NCBI GenBank assembly: GCA_013626165.1
Contig: NDHX01000001.1
Span: 100,817 to 164,816 of the forward strand
Source: Candidatus Velesiimonas alkalicola
Lineage (GTDB): Bacteria > Omnitrophota > Gorgyraeia > Velesiimonadales > Velesiimonadaceae
Direction of reading: 5' to 3'
Length of the DNA: 64,000 nt
The notes beneath the pieces are model-generated. The model was not told the origin of the DNA, made no database searches, and saw only the letters and a list, made by a program, of their open reading frames with translations. Made by a program: the position numbers and the translations under genes. Position 1 is the first letter of the stretch. The number at the start of each line of letters is the position of its first letter. This document shows, one piece after another, positions 49,884-59,880 of this stretch.

Positions 49884-50588
49884 GTGAAAACAATAAAACT
49901 GATATTTTTAGGCCCTCCCGGTGCAGGAAAAGGGACACAGGCGGTTAATCTTGCAGTGCAATGGGAAACGCTTCATATATCCACCGGCGATATATTAAGA
50001 GAGTCTATAAAGAATAAAGAACCTTTAGGATTGAAAGCTAAAAACTATATGCTCAAAGGTGAACTTGTTCCGGATAACATTGTGATATCTATGGTGATGG
50101 AAAAAATAAGTAGCAATACCAATAATAAAGGATTTGTATTAGATGGATTTCCCAGAACATCCAATCAGGCTAAAAAACTTGATACTGTAATGGCAGATGA
50201 AGGGATAATTTTAGATGCTGTGGTGTATTTTGAAACATCTGAAGAAACTGTATTAAGGAGACTTTCCGGGAGAAGGGTGTGTAGAAATTGTGGTGCAAAT
50301 TATCATCTAACCAATATGCTTCCCAAGATTGCAGGTGTATGTGATAAATGCAAAGGCCCACTATACCATAGAGAAGATGATAAACCAGAGGCCATAAGAA
50401 AAAGGCTTGAAGTTTATAAGAATAAAACAACACCGTTATTGAATTATTATAAAAAAAGTGGTTTATTGAAAACAATAAACGGAGATTTGGAAGTCCAAGA
50501 AGCGTTTGAAGAAATAAAAAACAAGGTAACTGGTGCCTGGTGCTCTGGTGCCTGGTGCTCTGGTTTTTTAAAAGATGATACCTGTTAA
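49884..50588 (+). CDS. adk: Adenylate kinase (Zn-lid) with repeat-derived C-terminal tail
   Basis: GPPGAGKGTQA, LDGFPR, CRNC...CDKC. Confidence 0.97.
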   Translation: MKTIKLIFLGPPGAGKGTQAVNLAVQWETLHISTGDILRESIKNKEPLGLKAKNYMLKGELVPDNIVISMVMEKISSNTNNKGFVLDGFPRTSNQAKKLDTVMADEGIILDAVVYFETSEETVLRRLSGRRVCRNCGANYHLTNMLPKIAGVCDKCKGPLYHREDDKPEAIRKRLEVYKNKTTPLLNYYKKSGLLKTINGDLEVQEAFEEIKNKVTGAWCSGAWCSGFLKDDTC

Positions 50589-51348
50589 AAATAAACAGCA
50601 GATACATTTTATTGAAAATGCCTGCAAGATTGTTGTAGATACAATGAGAATGTTAAGGCATCACTTAAAACCCGGTGTAACGACCTTATATCTTGATGAA
50701 ATTGCCAATAAACATATTTGTTCTTTTGGTGCTGTTTCTGCATTTTGGGGATATAGCGGAAATGAAAAACATACAATGAAACCATATCCCGGTCATATCT
50801 GCACATCTATCAATGACGAGGTTATCCATGGAATACCCAACAACAGGGTTCTTAAAAATGGGGATATAATAAGCATAGATATTGGAGTATGTTATAAAAA
50901 CTGGTACGGGGATATGGCGTGGACATTCCCTATCGGGGATATAAGTAAAGAGACACAAAAATTATTAGATGTAACAAAACAGGCGTTGTATGCAGGAATA
51001 AAACAAGCAAGAAAAGAAAACAGGCTTTATGATATTTCAGCCGCAATACAGAATTGTGTTGAGAGAGAAAATTTCTCTGTTGTCCGACAATTTGTAGGGC
51101 ATGGTGTGGGTAAGTCTCTTCATGAGGAACCCCAGATACCAAACTTTAAAGATAAGGGCAATGGCCCGAGATTAGAACCGGGAATGGTATTTGCAATAGA
51201 GCCGATGACAAATGCAGGTGTCTCTGATGTCCTAATACTTGATGACGGCTGGACTGCTGTAACAAAGGATGGAAAGATTTCCGCACATTTTGAACATACA
51301 GTATGTATTACAGATGAAGAACCCCAAATCTTAACACAGTGGGAATAG
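50575..51348 (+). CDS. map: Methionine aminopeptidase type I
   Basis: CTSINDEVIHGIP, GHGVG, AIEPM, SAHFEHT. Confidence 0.97.
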   Translation: MIPVKNKQQIHFIENACKIVVDTMRMLRHHLKPGVTTLYLDEIANKHICSFGAVSAFWGYSGNEKHTMKPYPGHICTSINDEVIHGIPNNRVLKNGDIISIDIGVCYKNWYGDMAWTFPIGDISKETQKLLDVTKQALYAGIKQARKENRLYDISAAIQNCVERENFSVVRQFVGHGVGKSLHEEPQIPNFKDKGNGPRLEPGMVFAIEPMTNAGVSDVLILDDGWTAVTKDGKISAHFEHTVCITDEEPQILTQWE

Positions 51349-51360
51349 TAAAAGGAATCT

Positions 51361-51576
51361 ATGCCAAAAGAAGAAGCAATTGAGGTTGAGGGCAAAATTA
51401 TAGAATCTCTTCCAAACGGGATGTTCAGGGTTGAACTTGATAATGGACATCGTTTACTTGCACACCTTAGCGGGAAGATGAGACTTAATTATATAAAACT
51501 ATTGCCGGGTGATCGTGTAAAAATGCAGGTGTCTCCTTACGACCTAAATAAGGGAAGGATAGTTTATAGAATATGA
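51361..51576 (+). CDS. infA: Translation initiation factor IF-1
   Basis: [20 protein letters not shown]. Confidence 0.97.
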   Translation: MPKEEAIEVEGKIIESLPNGMFRVELDNGHRLLAHLSGKMRLNYIKLLPGDRVKMQVSPYDLNKGRIVYRI

Positions 51577-51612
51577 AATAGTAGGTAGTAGGTAGGAGGT
51601 AGGGGGGAAGTT

Positions 51613-51726
51613 ATGAAAGTTCGATCATCAGTTAAAAGAATTTGTGAAAAATGTAAGATTGTAAGGCGTCAAGGTGTTGTAAGGGTGATATGTAAGATAC
51701 CAAAACATAAACAAAGGCAGGGATAA
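51613..51726 (+). CDS. rpmJ: 50S ribosomal protein L36 (below ORF-track cutoff)
   Basis: [37 protein letters not shown]. Confidence 0.97.
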   Translation: MKVRSSVKRICEKCKIVRRQGVVRVICKIPKHKQRQG

Positions 51727-51777
51727 ACAATGAAACAAGATGACTGGTGCTCTGGTGCCCTATAATTGGGGGGAGAA

Positions 51778-52173
51778 ATGCCGAGAATCTCAGGTGTTGA
51801 TGTTTCAAAAGATAAAAGAATAGAAATCGGATTAATGACGATATACGGTATAGGTAGGGCTTTATCTAATCGTATATTACAGGAGGCACAGATAAATCCA
51901 GGTAAGAAAGGAAAAGAGTTATCAGCTGAAGAAGTTTCTCGCATATCTTCTATCATACAGAAGTCTTACAGGGTTGAAGGAGAATTAAGACGGGAAACAT
52001 CAGGGAATATAAAACGTCTTATGGATATAGGTTCCTACAGAGGAACGCGCCATAAAAAAGGACTTCCAGTGCGTGGCCAGAGGACTCATACAAATGCAAG
52101 GACACGCAAAGGACCTAAAAGAGGCATAAGACTGAAGAAAAAAACGGTATCAGCAGGAGCGTCAAAAACATAG
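51778..52173 (+). CDS. rpsM: 30S ribosomal protein S13
   Basis: [24 protein letters not shown]. Confidence 0.98.
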   Translation: MPRISGVDVSKDKRIEIGLMTIYGIGRALSNRILQEAQINPGKKGKELSAEEVSRISSIIQKSYRVEGELRRETSGNIKRLMDIGSYRGTRHKKGLPVRGQRTHTNARTRKGPKRGIRLKKKTVSAGASKT

Positions 52174-52311
52174 TATGTAGTAGATAGGTAAAAGATGTAT
52201 ATCGTTGTCCGTCGTACGTATACCGTATAAAGAAAAAGAAGTGGAATATAATATACGGAATACGAAATACAGGTGTTTGGGATTTGTAATTTATCAGAAA
52301 AGGGGGATTAA

Positions 52312-52749
52312 GTGGAAGAGCAACAAGAAAATTCTAAAAAAGTACACCCTGACACTCCTGGTGTAGGTGCCCAAAAAAAAGGGAAAAAGAAGATCACAAG
52401 GGTAGTAGGTAGCGGTGTTGCGCACATTCAGGCAAGTTTCAACAACACAATAATCAGTATTACAGATAAGACAGGCAATACTGTTGCGTGGGCAAGTGCA
52501 GGCAGTGCTGGTTTCAGTGGTTCAAGAAAATCTACGCCTTTTGCTGCACAGATTGCTGCAAGCCATGCAGCAAAAAAAGCGCTTGATTGTGGTGTAAAAG
52601 AAGTGGAGATTTGCGTAAAAGGTCCGGGCGCCGGAAGAGAGTCTGCTATAAGGGCTTTGCAGGCAGGCGGTCTTCATATAACAATAATAAAAGATAAAAC
52701 ACCGGTACCGCATAATGGTTGTCGTCCACCAAAAAGAAGAAGGGTGTAG
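52312..52749 (+). CDS. rpsK: 30S ribosomal protein S11
   Basis: [30 protein letters not shown]. Confidence 0.98.
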   Translation: MEEQQENSKKVHPDTPGVGAQKKGKKKITRVVGSGVAHIQASFNNTIISITDKTGNTVAWASAGSAGFSGSRKSTPFAAQIAASHAAKKALDCGVKEVEICVKGPGAGRESAIRALQAGGLHITIIKDKTPVPHNGCRPPKRRRV

Positions 52750-52767
52750 ATTACAGAGAGGGTATAA

Positions 52768-53397
52768 ATGTCAAGATATACAGGACCATCCTGTCGTCTT
52801 TGCAGAAGAGAAGGGATAAAGCTTTTCTTAAAAACATCCAGATGTACAACGGGAAAATGTGCATTTGATAGAAGACAGTATATTCCCGGACAGCATGGGA
52901 AAAAGGGGAAATCAAAATTATCTAATTATGGGTTACAACTTCGTGAGAAGCAGAAACTAAAAAGGCTGTATGGTATTGGTGAGACCCAGTTTAAGAATTA
53001 TTTTTTAAAAGCCGCAAAGAAAAGAGGTATTACAGGTGTAATGTTGTTGCAACAATTGGAGACCAGATTAGACAATGTTATATTCAGGGCATGTTTTTCA
53101 GGAACCCGTGGTGAAGCCAGGCAGATAGTAAGGCATGGCTTTGTTGTAGTTAACGACCAGAAGGTTAATATTCCTTCATTTCTTGTAAAACCGGGTGACA
53201 GATTCAAAATAGTGGGAAAGGAAAATGTTATAAACAAGGTAAAACAAACCGCAGAGATTGTTAAGTCCAGGGGAGTTCCTTCATGGCTTAATGTTCATCT
53301 TGATACACTTGAAGGGGAGGTATCAAGACCTCCGGACAGGGCTGATATTCAGGTTCCGGTTAATGAGCAGACGATAGTAGAATTATATTCTAAATAA
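52768..53397 (+). CDS. rpsD: 30S ribosomal protein S4
   Basis: [29 protein letters not shown]. Confidence 0.98.
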   Translation: MSRYTGPSCRLCRREGIKLFLKTSRCTTGKCAFDRRQYIPGQHGKKGKSKLSNYGLQLREKQKLKRLYGIGETQFKNYFLKAAKKRGITGVMLLQQLETRLDNVIFRACFSGTRGEARQIVRHGFVVVNDQKVNIPSFLVKPGDRFKIVGKENVINKVKQTAEIVKSRGVPSWLNVHLDTLEGEVSRPPDRADIQVPVNEQTIVELYSK

Positions 53398-53423
53398 CCT
53401 ATATAACTAAAACAGGGGGAATA

Positions 53424-54407
53424 ATGGGAGTGGTCTGGAAAGGTTTTGAGATACCACAAAGACTTGAATGTGATGAGGATACATATACGTCAACATATGG
53501 AAAATTTATTGCAAAACCATTTGAAATAGGATATGGTGTAACAGTCGGCAATTCTCTAAGAAGAGTACTTCTTTCTTCGCTAGAAAGTTCGGCTGTTACA
53601 GGTGTTTGTATTGAAGGTGTTCGGCACGAATTTTCAACCATACCGGGGGTTACAGAAGAAGCTATACAGATTATACTTAACCTTAAGAAGCTTGTTTTAA
53701 AATCTCATTCTCCGAGTCCAAAACGGATTTATCTTAAAGCCCAAGGACAGAAAGAGATGTTTGCTTCTGATATTATAACAGATGAAACGATTGAAATATT
53801 GAATCCGGAACTTCACATTGCAACGCTGGGGAAAGATGCATCTTTGAATATGGAAATAGAAGTGGGAAGAGGAAGAGGATATGTTCCAGCAGAAAAAAAT
53901 AAAAAACAACATCAGCCAATAGGTTGGATTGCTGTTGATTCTGTTTTTACCCCCGTTGTAAAGGTGAATTATTTTGTGGAGAATACCCGTGTGGGTAAGG
54001 TAACGGACTATGAAAAGTTGATACTTAATATCTGGACAAACAAGGCAATTACACCGAAGGATGCAATAGTATCTGCTGCCCGAATATTACAAAGACATTT
54101 TGATATATTTACAATCTATCAGCCCGCAGAAGAGGAGAGACTTGAGGAAAAGAAAATAGATGTTGAGACAGTGGAAAAACTTCATATGTCGGTTTCTGAT
54201 CTTGAACTTTCTGTCCGAAGCACTAATTGTTTTAAAGAGGCCAATATTAAAACCATTGGAGAGCTTGTGACCAAGACCGAAGAAGAATTACTTTGTTTCA
54301 GAAATTTTGGTAAAAAGTCACTTGTAGAGATCAAAGATATATTGCAAAGCATGGGACTTTCATTGGGGATGAAAAAGGAAGAACAGGAGAATAGGTATGA
54401 GACATAG
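53424..54407 (+). CDS. rpoA: RNA polymerase alpha subunit
   Basis: [34 protein letters not shown]. Confidence 0.98.
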   Translation: MGVVWKGFEIPQRLECDEDTYTSTYGKFIAKPFEIGYGVTVGNSLRRVLLSSLESSAVTGVCIEGVRHEFSTIPGVTEEAIQIILNLKKLVLKSHSPSPKRIYLKAQGQKEMFASDIITDETIEILNPELHIATLGKDASLNMEIEVGRGRGYVPAEKNKKQHQPIGWIAVDSVFTPVVKVNYFVENTRVGKVTDYEKLILNIWTNKAITPKDAIVSAARILQRHFDIFTIYQPAEEERLEEKKIDVETVEKLHMSVSDLELSVRSTNCFKEANIKTIGELVTKTEEELLCFRNFGKKSLVEIKDILQSMGLSLGMKKEEQENRYET

Positions 54408-54879
54408 AAAGGATAATAAAAGACTTTCACGCACCACAGGACATAGAACAGCAATGGTAAGAAATATGGCAACCAGCCTTTTTGAAAATGAAAAAATTAC
54501 AACAACTGTTCAGAAGGCAAAATTTTCAAGAAGGTTTATTGAAAAACTCATAACATTTGGAAAAAAAAATACACTTGCTGCAAGAAGAATGACTGAAAAA
54601 ATGCTTGGTAAAAAAAACATTGTCCATATGCTTTTTAGTGAAGTTGCGCCCTTATTTGCCAATAGACAGGGAGGATATACAAGAATTGTAAAAAGCAAAT
54701 TCAGGGCAGGTGATGGGGCACAATTATGTGTATTTGAACTTGTAGAAAAAAGGCAGAAGTCTATTGAACAGCCAGAGCAGGCTGTAGATAAGAAGACTGT
54801 AGAAAAACATCCCACTCAACCTACAGAAGAAAAAAAAGGTGCAATTAAAAAAATAAAGAGAATATTCCACAGAAAATAG
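54397..54879 (+). CDS. rplQ: 50S ribosomal protein L17
   Basis: [20 protein letters not shown]. Confidence 0.97.
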   Translation: MRHRKDNKRLSRTTGHRTAMVRNMATSLFENEKITTTVQKAKFSRRFIEKLITFGKKNTLAARRMTEKMLGKKNIVHMLFSEVAPLFANRQGGYTRIVKSKFRAGDGAQLCVFELVEKRQKSIEQPEQAVDKKTVEKHPTQPTEEKKGAIKKIKRIFHRK

Positions 54880-54931
54880 TAGGTGGTAGATAGTAGGTAG
54901 TAGATAGTAGATAGTAGGTGGTAGATAGTAG
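54877..54931 (+). repeat. GTAG-type heptamer array starting at the rplQ stop codon
   Basis: TAGTAGG TGGTAGA TAGTAGG TAGTAGA TAGTAGA TAGTAGG TGGTAGA TAGTAG. Confidence 0.9.
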
Positions 54932-54974
54932 AAAAAACAAATATCAAACTGCTCGTGTGTTCTTGAGAGAAGGT

Positions 54975-56219
54975 ATGACCATAGCTGAAAAGATTTTGTC
55001 AAACCATTCAGGGAAAAGATTACGGGCTGGCGATATTGCCATATGTGGTGTAGATTTTTGTTTTTCTCAGGATGGGACAAGTTCGCTTGTTATAGATTCT
55101 TTTAAAAAATTGGATTTAAGTTTAGCAATGAAAAATAAGTTTGCTATGGTTATAGACCATTCAGCTCCGAGTCCAAACTTGGGTGTTTCAACTGTTCATA
55201 AAAAGATGAGGGATTTTGCAAGCCGAACAAACTCTATATTGTATGATGTCGGGTGCGGTGTTTGTCACAATGTAATACCGGAACAAGGGCACATCTTGCC
55301 CGGAGATCTTGTTATGGGAGCAGACTCACATACCTGCACATATGGGGCGCTTAATGTTTTTGCAACAGGTGTGGGTTCTACCGACCTTGCAGTAGTTCTT
55401 GGCACGGGGAAAAACTGGTTTAAGGTCCCTGAGTCTGTAAGAGTAAGATTAGAGGGTAATCTTCAAAAAGGGGTTTATTCAAAAGATGTAATTCTTTATA
55501 TTGCCGGAAAATTAGGAGTTGACAGTTGCACATATCAATCAATAGAGTTTGAAGGGCCTGCAATATCTGATATGAGTATTGAGGCAAGGTTCACCATTGC
55601 AAATATGGGCGTTGAACTTGGATGCGAGTGTGCACTTATGCAGGCAGATGACAGTACCATTGAATGGACTTCAAAGCATAGCAAAAGAAAACCAAGGCCT
55701 GTTTTTCCTGATAAGAATGCAAGGTATGTTCAGGAATATGTTTATAATGTCAAAGATATCCCCCCCCAAATTGCCAAACCCCATTCAGTAGATAATGTAT
55801 GTAGTATTGAAGAAGTTTTAAGTCTACCTATTCAGGTTGCATACCTTGGAACCTGTACCAACGGCAGAATTGAAGACCTGTCTATTGCTGCAAAAATATT
55901 ATCGGGTAAGAAAATTTCAAAAGATGTCCGCTTTATTATTGCTCCCGCATCAAAGGATATATACATAGAAGCAATGGAAAAAGGTATCATACAAATTTTT
56001 GTTCAAGCAGGCGCAGCAATTGTAACTCCTGGTTGTGGTCCTTGCGTTGGAACACATAACGGGATTCCTTCCGACGGAGAAAATGTCATATCAACCGCTA
56101 ATAGAAATTTTAAAGGAAGAATGGGCAATCCAGATGCTTTTATATATCTTGCATCTCCTGCAACAGTTGCTGCCTCTGCAATAGCAGGTAAAATACAGGA
56201 CCCAAGAAAAATTTTATAG
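54975..56219 (+). CDS. leuC: 3-isopropylmalate dehydratase/homoaconitase large subunit (short LeuC/HacA type)
   Basis: MTIAEKIL, GADSHTCTYGA, GTCTNGR, PGCGPC, STANRNFKGRMG. Confidence 0.9.
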   Translation: MTIAEKILSNHSGKRLRAGDIAICGVDFCFSQDGTSSLVIDSFKKLDLSLAMKNKFAMVIDHSAPSPNLGVSTVHKKMRDFASRTNSILYDVGCGVCHNVIPEQGHILPGDLVMGADSHTCTYGALNVFATGVGSTDLAVVLGTGKNWFKVPESVRVRLEGNLQKGVYSKDVILYIAGKLGVDSCTYQSIEFEGPAISDMSIEARFTIANMGVELGCECALMQADDSTIEWTSKHSKRKPRPVFPDKNARYVQEYVYNVKDIPPQIAKPHSVDNVCSIEEVLSLPIQVAYLGTCTNGRIEDLSIAAKILSGKKISKDVRFIIAPASKDIYIEAMEKGIIQIFVQAGAAIVTPGCGPCVGTHNGIPSDGENVISTANRNFKGRMGNPDAFIYLASPATVAASAIAGKIQDPRKIL

Positions 56220-56241
56220 TTAAAAAAATTATTTTTTGTGT

Positions 56242-56269
56242 TTGACAAAATTTGTTTTTTTGGTACAAT
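56242..56269 (+). promoter_or_regulatory. Sigma70 promoter of the pilus cluster
   Basis: TTGACA-16-TACAAT with TGn extended -10. Confidence 0.65.
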
Positions 56270-56317
56270 ACCCCGACGGGTGGGGTTTAGATAGATATAG
56301 GGGAAAGATTATTCGGC

Positions 56318-58087
56318 ATGAAAAAATCCATAAGCATAGATATTGGGGCCTCTTCTGTTAAACTTATTGAACTTGCAAAGACAGGCAAAGGTATAGAAGT
56401 CTTGCGTGCAAGGATAGTTGAAATAGATGTACAGCAGATTGCAGATTCAGACGACAAGGCACGGTTACAAACCCGGTTAGTTAATGATGCAATAAGGCAA
56501 ATTCTTTCCGAAGAAAAAATTCGCAATCCTAAGGTTACAATTTCAATTTCAGGGCAGTCTTGCATAGTTCGTTCAATAAAACTTCCGAGGGTTTCCAAAC
56601 ATAAGATAGGTCAGATAGTTAAATATGAGGCTCAGCAACAGGTGCCGTTCCCGATGGACGAAGTTATCTGGGATTATGAAGTGCTATCTTCTTCATCTGC
56701 ACCAGAAACAGATGTGATACTTGTTGCGGTAAAAAAAGAAGTTATACAGGATATTATGAGTCATCTTGTATCTACAAAAGTGCCGCTGGATATTGCTATT
56801 GTGGATGCTGTTCCTGTTGCTTTATACAATGCTGTTTCACACAGAAGGTCTATTGATAGGCCGCTCATTGTTCTTGATATTGGCACGCAGGCAACAAATC
56901 TTATCATAGTTGAAAACAAGAAGATGTGGGCTCGTTCTATTCCCATGGGTGGAGAAAACACCACACATGCTATTGCTGAAAAATATAATACCAGACTCAA
57001 AGAGGCTGAAGACTTAAAAAGAAAAGAAGGTGTTTTTTTGATGGATCAGGAACAGATGGGTGTGTCTTCCACAGAACAACAGGAAATTTCCAGGACCATA
57101 AGTTTTTCATTAATGGACATTCTTTCAGAGGTTTCCCGTTCCATCGGTTTTTACAAGATACAATCTCCCGGTGTTATTTTTGGCGGGATATATCTTACAG
57201 GCGGAGGATCAAACCTGAAAGGCATTGATAAGTTTTTTGAAAAAAACCTGAATATTCCAGTCATGCCCGGTGGAATGTTTGACAGTGTCTCTGTTTCTGC
57301 TAATTGTTATAAAGATTTCAAAGAAAGAACCGATTTTTCTTGCAGGTTCTCTGTCGCCTTTGGAATGGCGCTAAGAGATATTACAGATGTTCCTATTAGT
57401 ATTAATCTTCTGCCTTCAAACTATGCTAATGCAAGACAGGTAAGACTCTCTGTGCCTTATTTTTTTATGGCTGCTGCACTTGCTGCTGGTATTATCTATA
57501 TGGGTGGACAATTTGTGAAAGTGGACAATGAACGAAAAAATTCCGAATTAAATATGTTGAAAAAAGAAAGAACTGAACTTAAAGCGCATGAAACACGCTT
57601 TAAGGAATTAAAAAGTCAGATAGAGCCACAGATTCAAAAGGTAAAATTTTTAGAAAACATTACAAAGGCAAGACAATATTGGCTTAATACAATCATTAAT
57701 ATAAACAAAGATCTTCCTCAAGAGGTGTGGATAACAAATTTTATGCCTGTATTTGAGAAGGATACGATAAAAATAAGAATGAGAGCGAAAACAGACAATT
57801 CTAACCTTCAGGGTTATGCAACCGTAAGTGAGGTTCCAAATAAGCTGTCAAAAACAGGAAGGTTTCAGGATGTTGTAATATCGGATATCTCTGAGGAGGA
57901 GGTTATACCGCAGAAAAATATTGTTTTTACAATTACAGCAGAGGTTGTAAACCCTGAACTGCAAAGGGCTATTCTTTTTGTCGCAGCAGAAGAGATAGGG
58001 GTAGCGGAAAGAGAAACAGAGGTAGGTTTTCCCGGGATGCCCCCTATGCCTGGTGAAGACAGAAGAAGAAGAGAGGATGAGTTTTAG
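56318..58087 (+). CDS. pilM: Type IV pilus assembly PilM fused to a PilN-like domain
   Basis: IDIGASSVKLIEL, YEAQQQVPFP, LDIG, LTGGGS; then INLLP, TM helix, coiled coil, LPQEVWIT. Confidence 0.88.
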   Translation: MKKSISIDIGASSVKLIELAKTGKGIEVLRARIVEIDVQQIADSDDKARLQTRLVNDAIRQILSEEKIRNPKVTISISGQSCIVRSIKLPRVSKHKIGQIVKYEAQQQVPFPMDEVIWDYEVLSSSSAPETDVILVAVKKEVIQDIMSHLVSTKVPLDIAIVDAVPVALYNAVSHRRSIDRPLIVLDIGTQATNLIIVENKKMWARSIPMGGENTTHAIAEKYNTRLKEAEDLKRKEGVFLMDQEQMGVSSTEQQEISRTISFSLMDILSEVSRSIGFYKIQSPGVIFGGIYLTGGGSNLKGIDKFFEKNLNIPVMPGGMFDSVSVSANCYKDFKERTDFSCRFSVAFGMALRDITDVPISINLLPSNYANARQVRLSVPYFFMAAALAAGIIYMGGQFVKVDNERKNSELNMLKKERTELKAHETRFKELKSQIEPQIQKVKFLENITKARQYWLNTIININKDLPQEVWITNFMPVFEKDTIKIRMRAKTDNSNLQGYATVSEVPNKLSKTGRFQDVVISDISEEEVIPQKNIVFTITAEVVNPELQRAILFVAAEEIGVAERETEVGFPGMPPMPGEDRRRREDEF

Positions 58088-58088
58088 T

Positions 58089-58871
58089 ATGATAAAAAAG
58101 TACCTATTGTCTGTTGTTCTGATGCTGTTTGTAATGATTCTTCTTTTTATTTCAGTCTGGAGTGTTATTTCCCAGTTCAGACAAAAACAGATACTTACCA
58201 CTCAGATTTCAGACCTCAAGCATCAGATAGATGCAATTGGCCCTGAAAAATATTCTCCAGATGTTATCAAGATTTATCAAACAAGAATACAAGAGTCTGA
58301 AGAAATATTTAAAAGTATTGATAATTATTTTTCTAAACCCTCTATGTTTGAACCGACAGAAGTTGAAAAAAATCCCATAAGATTTATTGGAGACATGAGG
58401 GCATTTCAGGAAAGAATAAGAGCGTCTGATCTCGCAGGCATATTGCCCCCAGACCTTGGTTTTCCGAAAACTGTTCCTCCGGCAGACCAAATACCTGTTA
58501 TAATAAAAGAGTTGGAAATATGTCAAGAATTATGCAGGATATGGAGTTCGGCCGGCATCAAAAAAGTGGTTTCAATGGGTAGGCACCCTGCCAGAGAAAA
58601 GCAGATACAGGGCACGCCCTATAAGTATAAGATTTATCCATCTGTGTTTGTTGTAGAAGGCACACAATCTGATATATTGAAGATGTTGATGCTTTTAAGA
58701 GAGTCTGATTTTTTATTTGTTGTAAAAAAGATTGATATGAGTTTTATTGGGGGAATATCTCCATCTACGACGACAGGACAAAAAGAAAGTGAATTTCCGC
58801 TTATCAGTTCTAGGGTGGAACTTTTGACATATGTTTTTAGCAGGGAAGCAGGACAGACAGTTGGCCTTTAG
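58089..58871 (+). CDS. PilO-like membrane-anchored pilus protein
   Basis: N-terminal TM helix, coiled coil, LPPDLGF, ferredoxin-like C-terminus; follows pilMN. Confidence 0.6.
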   Translation: MIKKYLLSVVLMLFVMILLFISVWSVISQFRQKQILTTQISDLKHQIDAIGPEKYSPDVIKIYQTRIQESEEIFKSIDNYFSKPSMFEPTEVEKNPIRFIGDMRAFQERIRASDLAGILPPDLGFPKTVPPADQIPVIIKELEICQELCRIWSSAGIKKVVSMGRHPAREKQIQGTPYKYKIYPSVFVVEGTQSDILKMLMLLRESDFLFVVKKIDMSFIGGISPSTTTGQKESEFPLISSRVELLTYVFSREAGQTVGL

Positions 58872-58883
58872 GAGGAAAGATTA

Positions 58884-59864
58884 ATGCAAGGTTTTATTTT
58901 ATCATTATCCTGTTATGCCAGGATGTTATTTTTCTTTCTTATTGCGCTCTCAATAGGGTCAGCAATTTTTTTGGTTATGTTGCCACGAAAGGAAAATCAA
59001 ACTTTATCTGTGGTATCTAAACCGGGCACAGAGGATGCAAAACTTTCTGATGAAGAAGAAAAAATTTTCAAGGAAATAACACTTTTTGCCGAAAGTCTAA
59101 AAAATATATCAAAAATAGAAATCCCGTTCAAAAATATATTTAATCGCCCCGAGGATGAACCTACAGTTTTAGAACCGATACTACCTGCTCTGGAATTTAT
59201 TGATATTGAAATCCACGAATTTTTAGCACAAATTTTTATTAAGGCAAAAGAAAGCCTGCCGCAGTGGCGCGGGACAATCACTATTGATGACAGGATGCTC
59301 AATGCTTTATATCCCCATGGGTTAAAAGTGAATATCAGGACGCACACAGACACACCGGTTTCAAGAGTTATACTTGATGCTATTAAAAAGACAAGACTAA
59401 CAGTTCAAAGAAGAGAGGAACAGATAATGATTGTTGAGAGGATAAAACCTGAATACACCGTAATTGATATACAACAGATACTCTATCCTTTTCGGTATGT
59501 TGGTTATATACAACAACCAGATGGGACGTTGACTGTAAATATTTCAAATGTAATAAGCTCAAAACCATTTCTCAGTGTGGGTGAAGTTTTTTCATTAAAA
59601 GATGAACGGGATGTTGTATTTGAAATAGAGAAAATAACAAAAGAGGTTATAAAGGTAGTATCAAATAAAGGAGAAAGACTTACAATGTATTTGAATCAAC
59701 CTGTTCAAAGAGATTTGTTTATTACAACCATACAGGGCCCAACAGGCGAAATTTTTAAAAATAAAAAAACAGGCGATACAATTGGATCTGGTAAAATAGT
59801 TGATGTAAAAGAAAATTATGTTATAATAGAAGAGGATTCGCAGAAGTATCAGTATAATAAATAA
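58884..59864 (+). CDS. Membrane-anchored PilP/GspC-like protein
   Basis: TM helix, NIF motif, beta-rich FRYVGYI...LSVGEVF...IEKI; operon position. Confidence 0.5.
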   Translation: MQGFILSLSCYARMLFFFLIALSIGSAIFLVMLPRKENQTLSVVSKPGTEDAKLSDEEEKIFKEITLFAESLKNISKIEIPFKNIFNRPEDEPTVLEPILPALEFIDIEIHEFLAQIFIKAKESLPQWRGTITIDDRMLNALYPHGLKVNIRTHTDTPVSRVILDAIKKTRLTVQRREEQIMIVERIKPEYTVIDIQQILYPFRYVGYIQQPDGTLTVNISNVISSKPFLSVGEVFSLKDERDVVFEIEKITKEVIKVVSNKGERLTMYLNQPVQRDLFITTIQGPTGEIFKNKKTGDTIGSGKIVDVKENYVIIEEDSQKYQYNK

Positions 59865-59880
59865 TTATAAAGGAGAAAGT

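Noticed and set aside
23963-54931. Repeat arrays as CRISPR
   Set aside because: No constant 25-40 bp repeat with unique spacers, and no cas genes.
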